The notes under the pieces: generated by a model
Seen by the model: the letters and a program-made list of their open reading frames with translations, nothing else
What the model was told of the DNA's origin: nothing
The model's database searches: none
Made by a program: the position numbers and the translations under genes
Assembly: GCF_964204645.1 (NCBI RefSeq)
Contig: NC_134028.1
Coordinates: 22,378,345-22,442,344, forward strand
DNA from: Tubulanus polymorphus
Lineage: Eukaryota > Animalia > Nemertea
Direction: 5' to 3'
DNA: 64,000 nucleotides
Shown here: one piece after another, positions 1 through 13,200 of the stretch
How positions within the stretch are numbered: the stretch's first letter is position 1
How the letters are laid out: each line of letters begins with the position of its first letter

Positions 1-232
1 CAGGCTAAATGAACAACCGATGTGCGCGGAATTTATAACGCTTTATTAAGCAAGTGTGCGCTAGAACAGAAAATGCTACTAAGTCACACCTGGCGGTGCG
101 TTAATGGTCTATGTTGATGCCCTATTCGCAAGCTAGAATTCATAATTCACAGTCTGCCAGTGTTAATGAACATTTCGACGCTAAGTATGATTTATCAGTC
201 GCCCTTCGTTAATGTCCGTGAATCTAATCTGG

Positions 233-800
233 TTCTTTTGCGGCTGTTTGTTGCGTAATAACGTTCCCAAGGAAACGAGAACAAATTCCAGGGATGGAGC
301 ACCTTCTGTAGTTTTTTTTTAAAGATATATTCAGCCTCATGGGGCCAGTTGCACAGTCGTGACTTAAGTCCAAAAGTGGTCTTAAATCTTAAGACTGGTC
401 GTAAGTTGTTAGATAAGCTATAGAACTAAGTTGGTCTTAGACTGGTCTTAAGTCTAAGCCATGACTGTGCAACTGGCCCCCTGGATTCGCCTGGGAAACA
501 AAGCGCTATCGCATTTGTCATTTTAGCGAACGCCTCGCCGGTTCTCGTTCTTTTGCTGCTGTTTGTTGCGTAACACGTTCCCAGGGAAACGACAGAAAAT
601 AATCAAGGGCTGGAGCCCTTTTGTATATTGAGCCTCCGGAATTCGTCTTGTTGGGTAACAGAGCACCATTTTCAAAATCTATCGCATCTGTCATTTTAGC
701 GAACGCCTCATCTGAATCTTTCTTTTGCCGCTGTTTGTTGCGTAACACGTTCCCAGGGAAACAAGAAAAATTCAAGAGCTGGAGCACCTCCGGGATTCGT
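233..800. repeat. Three diverged ~172-bp tandem units; the first is interrupted by a MITE
   Basis: Motif TTCTTTTGCnGCTGTTTGTTGCGTAA(T/C)ACGTTCCCAnGGAAAC...TGGAGC recurs at ~233, ~548 and ~720. Spacing is ~315 (about 175 plus the 140-bp MITE), then ~172. Confidence 0.8.
341..480. mobile_element. MITE family A (PIF/Harbinger-like)
   Basis: Terminal inverted repeats GGGGCCAGTTGCACAGTC(G/A)TG...CATGACTGTGCAACTGGCCCC with internal GGTCTTAAG repeats. Related copies at ~38575-38777, ~59565-59795 and 63662-63800. Confidence 0.85.
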
Positions 801-3800
801 CTCACTGCGAAACAAAGCACTACTTTCGAAATCTAACGAATCCGTCATTTAGACAACGCATTGCCCGGACTCATCGCTAAATTTAAGCATTCGATAGTTC
901 GGAAGGGTTAATGTCACTTTTTTCAATGGACTTAGCCCCGATTGCTGCTTATTTTCGGACTCGATTCAGCTCGTCTGATCAATGCACTTTTCATCCTCGA
1001 ACAAACACTGTAATTAGATTATGGCATGCGCTCAGCTGATCGTGGTGTACATGGTCATATTTGCCGCTGCGATGCCGCTCTGTAATGCGGGCTCGTTGCA
1101 GTGATTTGCCGGAGTCATGATTGAGCTATTTACGACGTTCGCACGCGAAAAACAAATTCGATCGTGAGCCATGGGATTACGCGTGTGTTATGATTTCCGA
1201 ACCTGATATAGCCGGCTGTCACACAATTTATCATAAATAGCATATCTGAATTTCAACGCCGCATATTTTAATGTCGATGGGATTTTTCGCTCGGAGGTTC
1301 GCCGGCGCGGCCTTGGGGAAGATAGGAACGGCAGGAAAGAAGCGCCTTTAATCACATCCTGGCCTACTGACGCGCTAGGGAGCTATTTTCCATCATTATG
1401 GGGCTCGTAATCCGTGCGATGCCATAATTAAGATCTATTACAACTCGGCGCATCTATCATAACCAGTTCATTTTGAATTAATTTGAATATTCACCTTAAA
1501 TTGAATTAAAAATGAACCGCTACTAGAAACGAACGATAAAATGGCTAAGATGGCGGAGGATTTTCCAAAATGGCGCATGCCGCATTTGGTATATCTCCGA
1601 CGTCAGCGTCGAGCCGTGTATGTGACGTAAAGGTTAAGCTAACAATGCGGATAATCGGGCGTCTCGCGGGATTTGTTACACGCCGAGCTACAAAATCCAA
1701 TTTATGTTACGTCTAAATAGCGAATCCACGCGAACTTTGCTGCCGCAAATGCAGCTGAGGTATTAAATCATCGATACGCCGAGATCGAATCAGTATCGCT
1801 TCGGCGAGGAGACAGAGGGAGAGAGAGAGAGACAGAGGGAGAGCAGAGGGTGAGAGAGGGGGAAGAGAGAAAGGCTACTAGACACAGAAGCTCGTCGGCT
1901 AGGACGATTTTTCCACGTCCCTAGACGCTTCCTCTCGGAAGCGCCATCGGCAAGTGAGCATTCCCATTCTACCACCGAAGTCAATTTCATCACCACCGTC
2001 AGGAATGAATCATAAAATAGGGCCAACCGTGTATATCGTATCTCAGGAGATGATGCAGAAAGATATATTTTCTTTGTAATCTAACACGTCGTGTGCAAAT
2101 CTGTATCTCATAATATGAACGATTCTCTCTCTGTACATTACTATCAATAATTAATCAAATAAGTTATACTTATTTGTACTGTCTTGATATGATCGTCATG
2201 GAAATATGATATCAATCAATTAAGCGCGGGTACCGTGGGAGGTAGCTAATGACGATGTCTTTTTTGTTCATATATTCCATTTTTCTATACCGCCTTCAAC
2301 TGCGACCAAATAATGATTTCATGATGGGTTTCATGGACAAGTGACTATCCATCCCCTTGGGTTAAAAACTATTACGTCTACAACAAGTTAAGTAGATAAA
2401 CCTAGTCTAAATTCTATCATTACTCTCATGGTATGTATATTTTTACGTGTTCACGTTACGTACAAAGACTTTATCGCGTGACGTCACAACGCGTCATATT
2501 GGCCGCCAAGCGCAAGCAGCTTATTGTAGTAAGAGGTCACGGTTGGCGGCCACTCCACGTCCGATATGACGCTTGTGAACAGTACACGTGGCGTTCGTGT
2601 TTAAATGGTCTTTGAAGCGGTACGAAACCGAGGTACTGCGTTACGTTGTCGGTATTCTCTGAAATCCGCAATCTAACGGTAGGGACAGTTTTCGAATACG
2701 CTGTCAAATCATCTTTATACCTAGTTACTACTGGCGACATCCAAATGAAAATACCCTACGTAACCTTTTCTGTTCGAGAGGTAAACATTGCTCAATCTGG
2801 CGATATTCATCAAAAATGGTATCAAATCATCTACTTAATATAGTGTATGGTTATCAGATTTCCATACTACAATTCCGCTTCATCTTAATCATCATTTGCA
2901 TTATAATTTAATTATGATAATAATTATCATTAGTAGTATTATATCATTATTATCACTACAATAATTATCATTTTTATTATTAACATAATTGTTATTATCA
3001 TCAATATAATTGTTATTAATACTATCATCATATTTTTGTAATATGCTGTAAATTCTGCGTTATTTTTTGGGTTCTGTGCGATGTTATCTTAACTTGTGGC
3101 GTAAATAAACTATTAAGCTGAAACTGAAACTGTTTTCGTCGCTGGAAGATGTACACGTCCATCGTTTAAGAAGCGTATACAGAGCCGTGCTGATATTATC
3201 CGAGCGAATCCGGTTGCGTTATGCCGGTTTAGTTTCTGTTCGTGTGGGAGTCGTTGCGTTCGATATCAAACGCAATCTCACCAACATTTCACTACAATCA
3301 TTACACTACATTTCTCCACCCTCTTCCCCCCTTTCTCTCTGTCTTTGTCTTCCCCTATCTCTCTTTCTCCGCCACCTCTCTCCTCTGATATACAGTTGCG
3401 CTACATTCGCTACGAATGCCATGTCAATCCCCGCTGTTGCGCACTTCGAAATCGAAACCTGCGCAAAACGGCGAATACGCGGTCCCAGCGGATTTCATCT
3501 TAAAGACGTCTTGCGATTATTATTGTCTTGTGCCGTCGCCGACTGTAAATTTCAAGTGGAAAATCGAGCGTAAAGAATTCGAAACAGCTTCACACTCATG
3601 GGAGCGAAGTTGCGGTTTGAATGGTTGAAAATTGAAATTCAGCGGATAGGATGAATGTAAAATGAACGTGAAATTACTGTTATCCTTTCGGCCATCATTC
3701 TTCGTCGAATGTCTCGTGTAGGGAACCGTTAGTAGCGAACCAATTTGACAACCATAAGACTGTATTCATCTTTAATTCATTCGCTTTGCCACCACGGGAC

Positions 3801-4344
3801 CTAAATGCCGGCGAAATTATGTGAATAACTATTAAAACTATATATTCCAGCAGTCAATGCCAAAAGCTTTTATCAATAGGACGGATATGTATAATGTCGT
3901 CTATAAAGTGCTAGTCCGACGCAATTTACGAGTATTTCATCTTCTTAGCGATAGTATTAGCTGTATCAGAGACGATGGTTATTCTAGCTATAAATCTATT
4001 CGATGGTCGGTTGGATAGCTGGCGGTGTTTTAGCCTCGTGCAGTATATATAATACTGCAGCACACTCAGTGGCGGATCCAGGGGGTGTCCGAGTGTCTTA
4101 AATTTCGAGATCCCTTAAGAATTCCATCCTGAAATATTTCGGACTGAATATTTTTCTCAAGAAGGGTCAGCATTATCATTGGACAACTGAAAAAATACCA
4201 AAATTATAGTGACAATTAGCGGTTTTATCTATTCTAGAAGATCTAAAACATCGTTTTGTATGTGAACAACGAAATTGCGGCAAAGCTTAGTTAAAGGCCC
4301 TAAATGTGTTACGTAAGTGGACACCTCCCTTCCCCCATCTTCCC

Positions 4345-4480
4345 CCGGTAGGGATTCGAAACTGATGGTATTGCCACGGTACGAAACCCTGCCACACTAG
4401 ACCGAGTGCGCAAAAACACGCGCAGCTTCGATGATGTCATTATTAGCCAATCAGAAATCCTGTTTTATTTTACCCCTCAC
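4345..4480. repeat. Arm of a dispersed repeat containing a tRNA B-box-like motif
   Basis: GGGATTCGAA..TGATGG..TTGCCACGG.ACGAAACCCTGCCA...AGCCAATCAGAAATCC matches the reverse complement of 48205-48340 and part of 20205-20275. Confidence 0.7.
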
Positions 4481-5120
4481 ACCACTCATATACATGTAAA
4501 ATAAGAACATTTGAATTAACTTTGACGTAATATACGTCCATATTAAAAGATGTCTGACGTTTCATTAACAGAACACTTACGACAATCCGCGCATCGCTTT
4601 ATTTATGGAACGAATAGCTATTTTTTGCGATCAATTGCGCGCCGTCGCGTGATATCAAAACCGGCAGCACCGGCGGCAACGTCGGTATATAGTGACAATG
4701 AGGCGTTAAATAGAGACTCATGCGGTACTTAACGTCGCACCGACGAAATCCTAACCGGCGTCAAAGCAGAAGTTTATACGACGCCGAGACGAAAGTAATG
4801 GAATCGACAGGAGTTTTTACACAAACCCGGCTTTTTTCAAGTTCACTGCTGAAATCTCTACTAGAATAAGAGTCGAACGGCACGTAATCTAGTGCTGTGT
4901 GTATTTTTTTGGTATAGAATGAGGAAACTTTTCTATTACCCTAGATCCAGTTCTACAGTTGTGAGTTAGTTTTATAACTCGGGGTTGAAATTAGTTCATT
5001 TTCAATGAGTCAAATGGGGTCCTGTATTTCTGTGTTGTAACGTGTAAATAATTCATTTCTATTTATGCGTTGTACCAAGATTTATGTATTTCTTTACAAT
5101 ACTCGTGTTGTCTTATGTAA

Positions 5121-5446
5121 AGCCGGGCGTAGGTCGACCTTGCGACGCGACGCGATCGTCGCGTTGCGTCACAAGTAAGTCGGTTGCGATGCGATTGTCA
5201 GCGGCTGTGTGCAACTAGTTGCTCCACGTTGCAAGAGCGCGTTGATCGGTTGCGACGGTCGCGTCGCGTCGCAGAAAGTAGAACATGTGCGACTCATTGC
5301 GACTGGCGTCGCTGGCAGTCGCAACCCGTCGCTGACAGTCGCTAGCGTAGGTCGGTGAGTCGTTGCGACGCGATCGTCGCTGGCGATCGCAGTGAATCGC
5401 GTCGCAGTGAGTCGCACGCCGTCACAAGGCCGACCTACGCCCGCCA
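5121..5446. mobile_element. Harbinger-like MITE with GTCGC-rich interior
   Basis: TIR GGGCGTAGGTCGACCTTG(C/T)GAC ... GTCACAAGGCCGACCTACGCCC, flanked by TAA and TTA (TWA-type target). Confidence 0.75.
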
Positions 5447-5861
5447 TTAAGACCAAGAGTTCGTCAATGAAATAAAGCGAATGCATCAGCTCACTAACGG
5501 TATATGCGAACGCTCGGGACCTACGAAATGGTTATTTCGTTGCGTGTAGGTGTAATAAATGTAGCCGTATATTTGAGATGTTCATTACGTTGCACGGGCA
5601 GTTTGCGATCATAGGGAATCGACATCGCAATTAACAGCGACAGGACATCCATCGACTTGTAATTGTGTAATCAGGTAACACAGATATCAAATTATTCACG
5701 ACCGAACGCCCGCCGTACGTCGTGACGGAATTCGCGGTGGCTTACATCCTGGCGTCGGTGACCTGGCGCCATTACCGTGTCTCTATACGTTTCTTTTTAA
5801 TGGCTTTTCGCGATATTCCCAAGGGTAGAACAAAAACTCATAGATGAGAATATGAATGATG

Positions 5862-5963
<102 letters not shown>

Positions 5964-6990
5964 ATTATGATATTCCGAGGCATAAAGAACGAAGAAAAAG
6001 GACGTAGGGATATATAATCAATTATCGTCAGCCCTCTTTTTACTTGTTCCTTGTCTTTTCACTCTTCTCTCATTCTCTCCTTTTTGTTCCTTGACGCCCT
6101 ATTAAGCTGCGCATGTACCTGCGCATTGGGCTAATCAGGCAGGAGTTCGTGTCGTGGTAGAGTCAGTCTCAACGCTCAACGCCGTCAAGTTCGAAGCCTT
6201 GCCGAGAGTGGGTGCTTGCATCGGCGGCCGTTTGGCATTTTCTTGGCAGTCTATCATACATATCGTTTTTGTTGGCAGTAATTTTTCATCACCCGGAATT
6301 ATGCGCGTATAATGTATCTAAAATCTTTATTGCACCCATTCTCATTTCATCTAAAACGCGGGGATGTCAAGCCGATGGTATGCGCAGACACGTAATCTCA
6401 TAGTTCATACTTAGCTATAATTACAACGAACTGCAATCAATAGGATGAAAGCATTATATCATTAGCTTCTCCGCATATTCTACTCCTCTATGTAGAAGGT
6501 TTCCGTTCTCCGCGTTGTCGATGAATTATTATTTTGTCACCACAGTTGCTGCTGATGTTGCTCCTGCTGCTCCTATTGCACTGACATTTCACCGACAGCG
6601 CGACGAAGCCAAAAAAGTCCAATTATCGCGTTGGGCGGAAAGAACATAACTTGATCATCGTATCAGATGTGTTTACTGCGTCTAGACGCGTACGCTGTCA
6701 CGTTAATGTCAACAGAGACTAATGTGATATTCATTAGACAACGCACGACATACCGCGCAGAAAAAAACTGCGTACTTTAATCATGTACTTTTAGTTTTAT
6801 TAATCAAAACTTCTTGTCCGTAGATTCGCTGCTATAGACGAAGCTACGTGGTTCCGAACCCGAAACCATTTTTAGAAAAGCACGTGTGTAACTTCCAGAA
6901 TTTTGTTTCCAAATTCATTGAGTTTTCGAAAGCTGATATCGTTAGTACGTGAGGCTTTTAATGAAGGGCTCGGCCGGCGAGCCTGTACGC

Positions 6991-7810
6991 GGTTAGATAA
7001 TATGCTTACAAAGCAATTTCACTACAGTTTCAGTTTATTGCTCAACAAACAGAAAACAGAAAACAGGACATTACAATAATTACAGAAAAAATTCAATTCA
7101 ATATGGCTTAACAAGCTTAATAATTGAAAGATTTCATTCCATTTTTGATGAAAATTATCAAGTTTTTCCTGATTTTCTTCCGGTTACACACATTAATATT
7201 TTAGATTGTTCAATATTAGGGAATGTCCTATAATACTGTTTTACATGTAAGTTCCTCGATTCAGTTGGGAAGAGACACGTGGCTGTAAAATAAAATGAAA
7301 TTTGTTGCAAGAACAATTTTGGTACATATTAAGATATAGACTTACTTCTGCAGGCCTATATGTCCGATTCCTCAACAAGTCTATTACAAATGGCTGATAT
7401 CGGTTAGATTATATGCTTACAAAGCAATTTCACTACAGTTTCAGTTTATTGCTCAACAAACAGAAAACAGAAAACAGGACATTACAATAATTACAGAAAA
7501 AATTCAATTCAATATGGCTTAACAAGCTTAATAATTGAAAGATTTCATTCCATTTTTGATGAAAATTATCAAGTTTTTCCTGATTTTCTTCCGGTTACAC
7601 ACATTAATATTTTAGATTGTTCAATATTAGGGAATGTCCTATAATACTGTTTTACATGTAAGTTCCTCGATTCAGTTGGGAAGAGACACGTGGCTGTAAA
7701 ATAAAATGAAATTTGTTGCAAGAACAATTTTGGTACATATTAAGATATAGACTTACTTCTGCAGGCCTATATGTCCGATTCCTCAACAAGTCTATTACAA
7801 ATGGCTGATA
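6991..7810. repeat. Near-perfect 411-bp tandem duplication
   Basis: TATGCTTACAAAGCAATTTC at 7001 and 7412; both units end CTATTACAAATGGCTGATA. Confidence 0.95.
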
Positions 7811-9359
7811 CGTCATGTAAGGCCGTGAAATCTTGCGACGATTTTGATACATCGAATAAGCCATCGTATATTCTACATATTAAGTTTTCATTGCTGCGGG
7901 TGGATGGTGCTTTAATTTTGTCCTGTTAATTTTAATCATGACCAGTAGCAACTGAATTTAAAGCTGCCATCGGACACTCGCTAAACTGCTAGTTAATAGT
8001 TCTGTCCCCAGACACAGACACATCGATGGGCTTCACCTCGGGTGTTCGTCGTCGTCAATTTACCAGATACATTCAGCTATAATCAATCGACCTTTGCCGC
8101 CGCAATTCAATACACACTAATCACCACGAGCAATATAATCACATCATATCTAAACACGCTAAGAACGGAACAGAGCATAGCTCGATATCGACGCGGGTAA
8201 CATCGAATTACGAACTACGTATATGGACCAGTTTTATCTACACCAGTCTGATATGTACATTCAAATTCAAACTTTATTTGGCATAAACTTTACACCTAGT
8301 TTTATATATAGACTGGCATGAACTTAAACCCGGGGGTTAACTCAATTCAATTTCAATTGAGTAAGCCCCTTGGTTAAAGTTATTACCAGTCCATAAGTCC
8401 ATAAAACGGGGCCCTAGTTTGCAACTGATACATATGCGGTGTACTCAAGTCTATGCACTAACAAGCAATAGAGTAGAATAGGCACTTTGGTTTTCGCACT
8501 TATGCGACTAAGAGGAAACGCGCTATATTGGCTTTATAAGTCAGGACCATTATGGACTTCGTTTGGTTTTATCTTGTCTCAATTTATTACGGAATCAGTG
8601 GCCAGTGTCACAGAATAAGTTACTTTCATATTAACCTTAAGTAACAACTTTTTACCGATGAATCCTGAATGAAACAATACGGCTGTGAAATGGACCTCGC
8701 GATCGCCACGACGCGTCGACTTCGATCGAAAGACCGTTTTCGCGGCGTGTATACGTAAATCCAATCGCGAACCATAAATTGACCAGACGCATTCATGCGG
8801 GCGAGATCGATGCAAGAGCATGAAATAAAGCATCTATTTCCTGTGTGATTTATTGCGGATACTTTATACAGTGTTTATGTACACTAAGGAGCTCGACGGA
8901 TCTGTCATAATACACGAATCCATCTCGCTCCCCCCCCCCCGAGCCCGTGGGTAATTCTTATACATCTACTGAAACTACGATGAGTAATGATTAACGGCGC
9001 CGTCGAGATGAAATATTCAGTCACCATAAGAATAACCGGTCTCCGAGTTCATTACGGGTTTCCTACGCGCCAACAGTCACGACGCTGTTGTCCAGTCGTT
9101 CGTATTTCATGACGCTAATATTTAGTAGCCATATTCACATCGCGTCGATGCCTGAAATAAAGCATATTGCGCACAAAATGGCGGAACGGCGAACAGCCTC
9201 TTTAGCTGACCGAGTGGTTTTAGCGTCGGTATTACGTAATTCGTAGATATTCCAGGACCCATTTCATGAAATGACCTAAAGTGTCATTTGCCACAAATAT
9301 TGATTGAGTACCGATGATACACACCACATTTTCCAACGATACATTCGGTTGACAGAACC

Positions 9360-9441
9360 GACGAGGTGGCCGAGTGGTTAAGGCGATGGACTGCTAATCC
9401 ATTGGGTTCTGCCCGCGTGGGTTCGAATCCCATCCTCGTCG
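9360..9441 (+). tRNA. tRNA-Ser (anticodon GCT)
   Basis: Acceptor stem GACGAGG/CCTCGTC plus discriminator G; A box TGGCCGAGTGG; anticodon arm ATGGA-CT-GCT-AA-TCCAT; long variable arm; T arm GTGGG-TTCGAAT-CCCAT; oligo-T Pol III terminator at ~9449-9453. Confidence 0.96.
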
Positions 9442-10222
9442 AAGGAAATTTTTGTATTATTTAAATAACCTTTTTGTTTGTTATAAATATTTATTGAAAG
9501 TAACTTCTAAATCATTACAGATTACATAGTATTTTTCAATGAAATTTGAACTGGATCTATAGGCTCGCATTTTATCAAGTGATTACGATCAATAGGTGTT
9601 CTGTCTTTTTGCGTGAGAAAGTAAAATATGTTATATATTTTATTTAACTTCCGGACTAGTCTCGCTGTCGGATTGCAGCTCCAACGATGTCATGGACGAT
9701 CGTTTGATCGTTAACGACCACCGGGCCCGCTACTGACACCGTTACCGCCGCCGCCGCCGCCACCGCTGCTGCTACTGCTGCCAAACAAACCGATTTACAT
9801 CTTTCTAAATTAGAAACGTAGCTCAAATATTTAACCTCCGGCAAAACGATGATAAACCGCCGGATCGTGTTTGGCTAAACGTCGGTTTCGCGAGTGTAAT
9901 AAATGCGGAGTCTGGCTTACCGTGGAAAACAGCGCAAACACAAAACCACCGATCGCGTTTACATAAAGAATATTGCTAGAGATAATTCAAATATAATCAG
10001 TGTTCACCAGTCACACTCTTTGATGATGAAAAGGAATTTACATTCGAAACGTATATCGTTGAAACTGTTTATATCTCTTTGACTAATGATCATGATTATC
10101 GTGATATCGTCTTGTATTCACATAATCTTCATTTTCACTTGCTCGTAATCAATAATCGGTGACTGCGAAAATACTATTACTGTCATTGTCTTATGATACG
10201 ATTTTTTCATTTTTATTTTCAG

Positions 10223-13200
10223 AATTACCATCTGGTGCATTGAGCAGCAGTAGCATGCCTTTATCACCGCGGCCTTGTTCAAGAGGTAGGTTACACTTCA
10301 AGTTTTTCAAAGACACAAGGGATCGACACATGTAAATTACAAAATGAAATCAGAGATTAGCTTTAAGCGACGGTACGGGTCTTGAATCTTAGAATGGCTT
10401 ATCGCAAAAACGCAGTTCAGTAAATAGAGCCCAAAGGGATACCCGCACCGCTACGCTGGCATTCGAGGATTTCACGTATGGCAGGCGAGGATCCGCCAGG
10501 TTCGCTAGTAGTAACTCGGTCTTCTGCGTTCGATTCCATACATTCTACAGTTCAATAAACCATTTTACAGTTGCTAGCCGCCATTTTGTTAGGGTACTTT
10601 TGTCCTGTATTGTTGGGTCATTATTTTCTACTTTTTAGAAACTATTTGTGATGCGTGTTTTATCATATCTCATCTGTCCCCGGATAGATTTTGACAGTTT
10701 TAGCAACATTTAAACCGTGTGAATCTCTAGTTTTCAGTTATGCAAAGATCATTTTTCAAATTTGCAACAATGCGACATGAGAGCGATATAAAAATCGGTG
10801 GTCAGTTTTTGCCGCGCGCATAAAAATCCTGGGTACTGAACTTTGAAGTTCATTATTTCCAGAAATAACATTCTAAAAAATCCAAACATTTCAAGAACTG
10901 TGCGCATACACGCCCCCTTTCAAGTGAACTTTAAAATCTTAAGAAATCTTGCCTAGTTTTTATTCTATGGCTCTTTAACTGCAGCGCGTGTATTGTCATT
11001 CCGGGTTTCGGCGCTGTTTTCTATGCGTGTATTTCAGTATATGGGTGTTATTTTTTCATTCTTACTTCACTTGTTTCCACGGAAAATGGTTTTAATTGTT
11101 GGTACGAGTATCAGGTTTAAATATTACGTCATTAATACTCCATTCTGTTCTCTTTTAACGGCGCTAGTTCGTAATGCCTGTAATGGTAGCCGCTTTTACT
11201 GCAGGCCGAGGCTTACGTACATGCACCCAAGAAAACCCCAAATATCACTATTTTGTTGTAAATGCAATCCACACACTTCTTGCGTTTTTGGTGATGATAG
11301 ATGTCACTTTTTACTTTTAATCACCTGTGTCTGCCATTCAGACTTGATACTTGATATTTCACCACCAAAACAAGAAAACGCTTTCTTATATTTTTTTCCC
11401 CGATCTAATCAATCTTTTGTGTACTTTATAGAAAGTATTCATAGAAAGTAGCTGAATATCCCCCCATATGTCCAGCTTTTTGACCACTTCTCCATCCATC
11501 TAATTTCAGTGGATAGTGTACATTGATTAATGGACTACTGAATTAAATGGTCATCATACTCGATTTTGAGTGTTATATTTGTTTTCTTCTTCCATCTCAA
11601 TATAGGCCTATATATTCTCTTCCCGCGTGTAACTTCGAATGGGCGCGTGATCAAAATGCCGCTCAGTCTCTGCTGCTGAATCGTGAGAAAAATCTTTAAA
11701 ACCCAAAAATCTCTCATGTCTCTGAATATTGCATAAATGACGTAATATTTAAAGCTGATACTCGTACCAACAATTAAAACCATTTTCCGTGGAGACAAGC
11801 GTAGTAAAAATGAAAAAAATAACACCGATATACTGAAATACACGCATAGAAAACAGCGCCGAAACCCGGAATGACAATACACGCGCTGTAGTTAAAGAGC
11901 CATAGGATAAAAACTAGGCAAGATATCTTAAGATTTTAAAGTTCACTTGAAAGGGGGCGTTTATGCGCACAGTTCTTGAAATGTTTGGATTTTTTAGAAA
12001 ATAATTTCTGAAAATAATGAACTTCAAATTTCAGTACCCTGGATTTTTATGCGTGCAGCAAAAACCGACCACCGATTTCTATATCGCTCTCATGTCGCAT
12101 TGTTGCAAATTTGAAAAATGATCTTTGCATAACTGAAAACTAGAGATTCACACGGTTTGAATGTTGCAAAAACTGTCAAAATCTATCGAGGGACAGATGA
12201 GATATGATAAAACACGCATCACAAATAGTTTTTAAAAAGGAGAAACTAATGACCCAACAATACAGGACAAAAGTACCCTAACAAAATGGCGGCTAGCAAC
12301 TGTAAAATGGTTTATTATACCTGAGTGAACTTTTTTTCTAAAATAAAAATGAATTCATTGTGTACGTGGTATAGGTCCTGTGATGATATGCGGATTCGGG
12401 AATCTAGAAATTCGGTTCAACGTTCAGTGAAATGAAATAATTTTGACAACATAAGACCGAGTGCTCGTCACGCAATCTGATGGGATGGCTGGTGTTGCGG
12501 GTTTTCCACTGCGAGTGCGATAGCTTCGGACTTTTGGGTTTTTACCAGGGAATATGTTTGAGCCCAGCGCACACAGCGCTGCATAAACACAAAACCAAAA
12601 ATTGAAACGTTTTCTACTGGTTTGTGTCGCTTAAAGGTCCATGGTTTTACCTAGCGTAGAGTCGAGCTCAGTTGAATCCGGCATGCTAATCACGGTAGCT
12701 CCGGTGAGACCCGGTCTTAGCGCGGGTTTTTTTTTCGTATTATACCGGGCGCGTTAAAGCACCGACGTTTATCATTATAAATCTAGATTTTACTGCGCGT
12801 CCAATTATAAGACGATCCCGCTGAGTGTCATTACATCGCAATCAACCATTTCTATTCCGAAGTCGAGTCCTGCGCGTCTTATGAGAACTAGAGTGCGAGA
12901 CGCCAGCTCCGACCCCGGGTTGCAGTCAGGCGCATAAAATCTGCGAGGGATTCGGACAAAACGCGTGGAATACGAAATCGAATTTGCAGTTTTTTCCCGA
13001 TTCGCAGCTTTACTTTCAAATATCGCGCGACGTGTGGTGAATATCAGTACGCGCGGAATTTCGTTGAAATAATCTACGTACCGAATGATACACGTTCTGG
13101 CTCAAAATTCACCCGATTCTGAATGTGGCTGATGATCGGCGCTCCGAACCACTTCGTACTGAATCGAACCACCAGGGGTAGCTATAGCGATGACACTAAC

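Noticed and set aside
9200-9245. Second tRNA upstream of tRNA-Ser
   Set aside because: Only an A-box-like fragment (GACCGAGTGGTT); no T arm or acceptor stem.
10993-11882. Two similar ORFs on opposite strands
   Set aside because: They are mirror images produced by the foldback arms; no recognisable domain.
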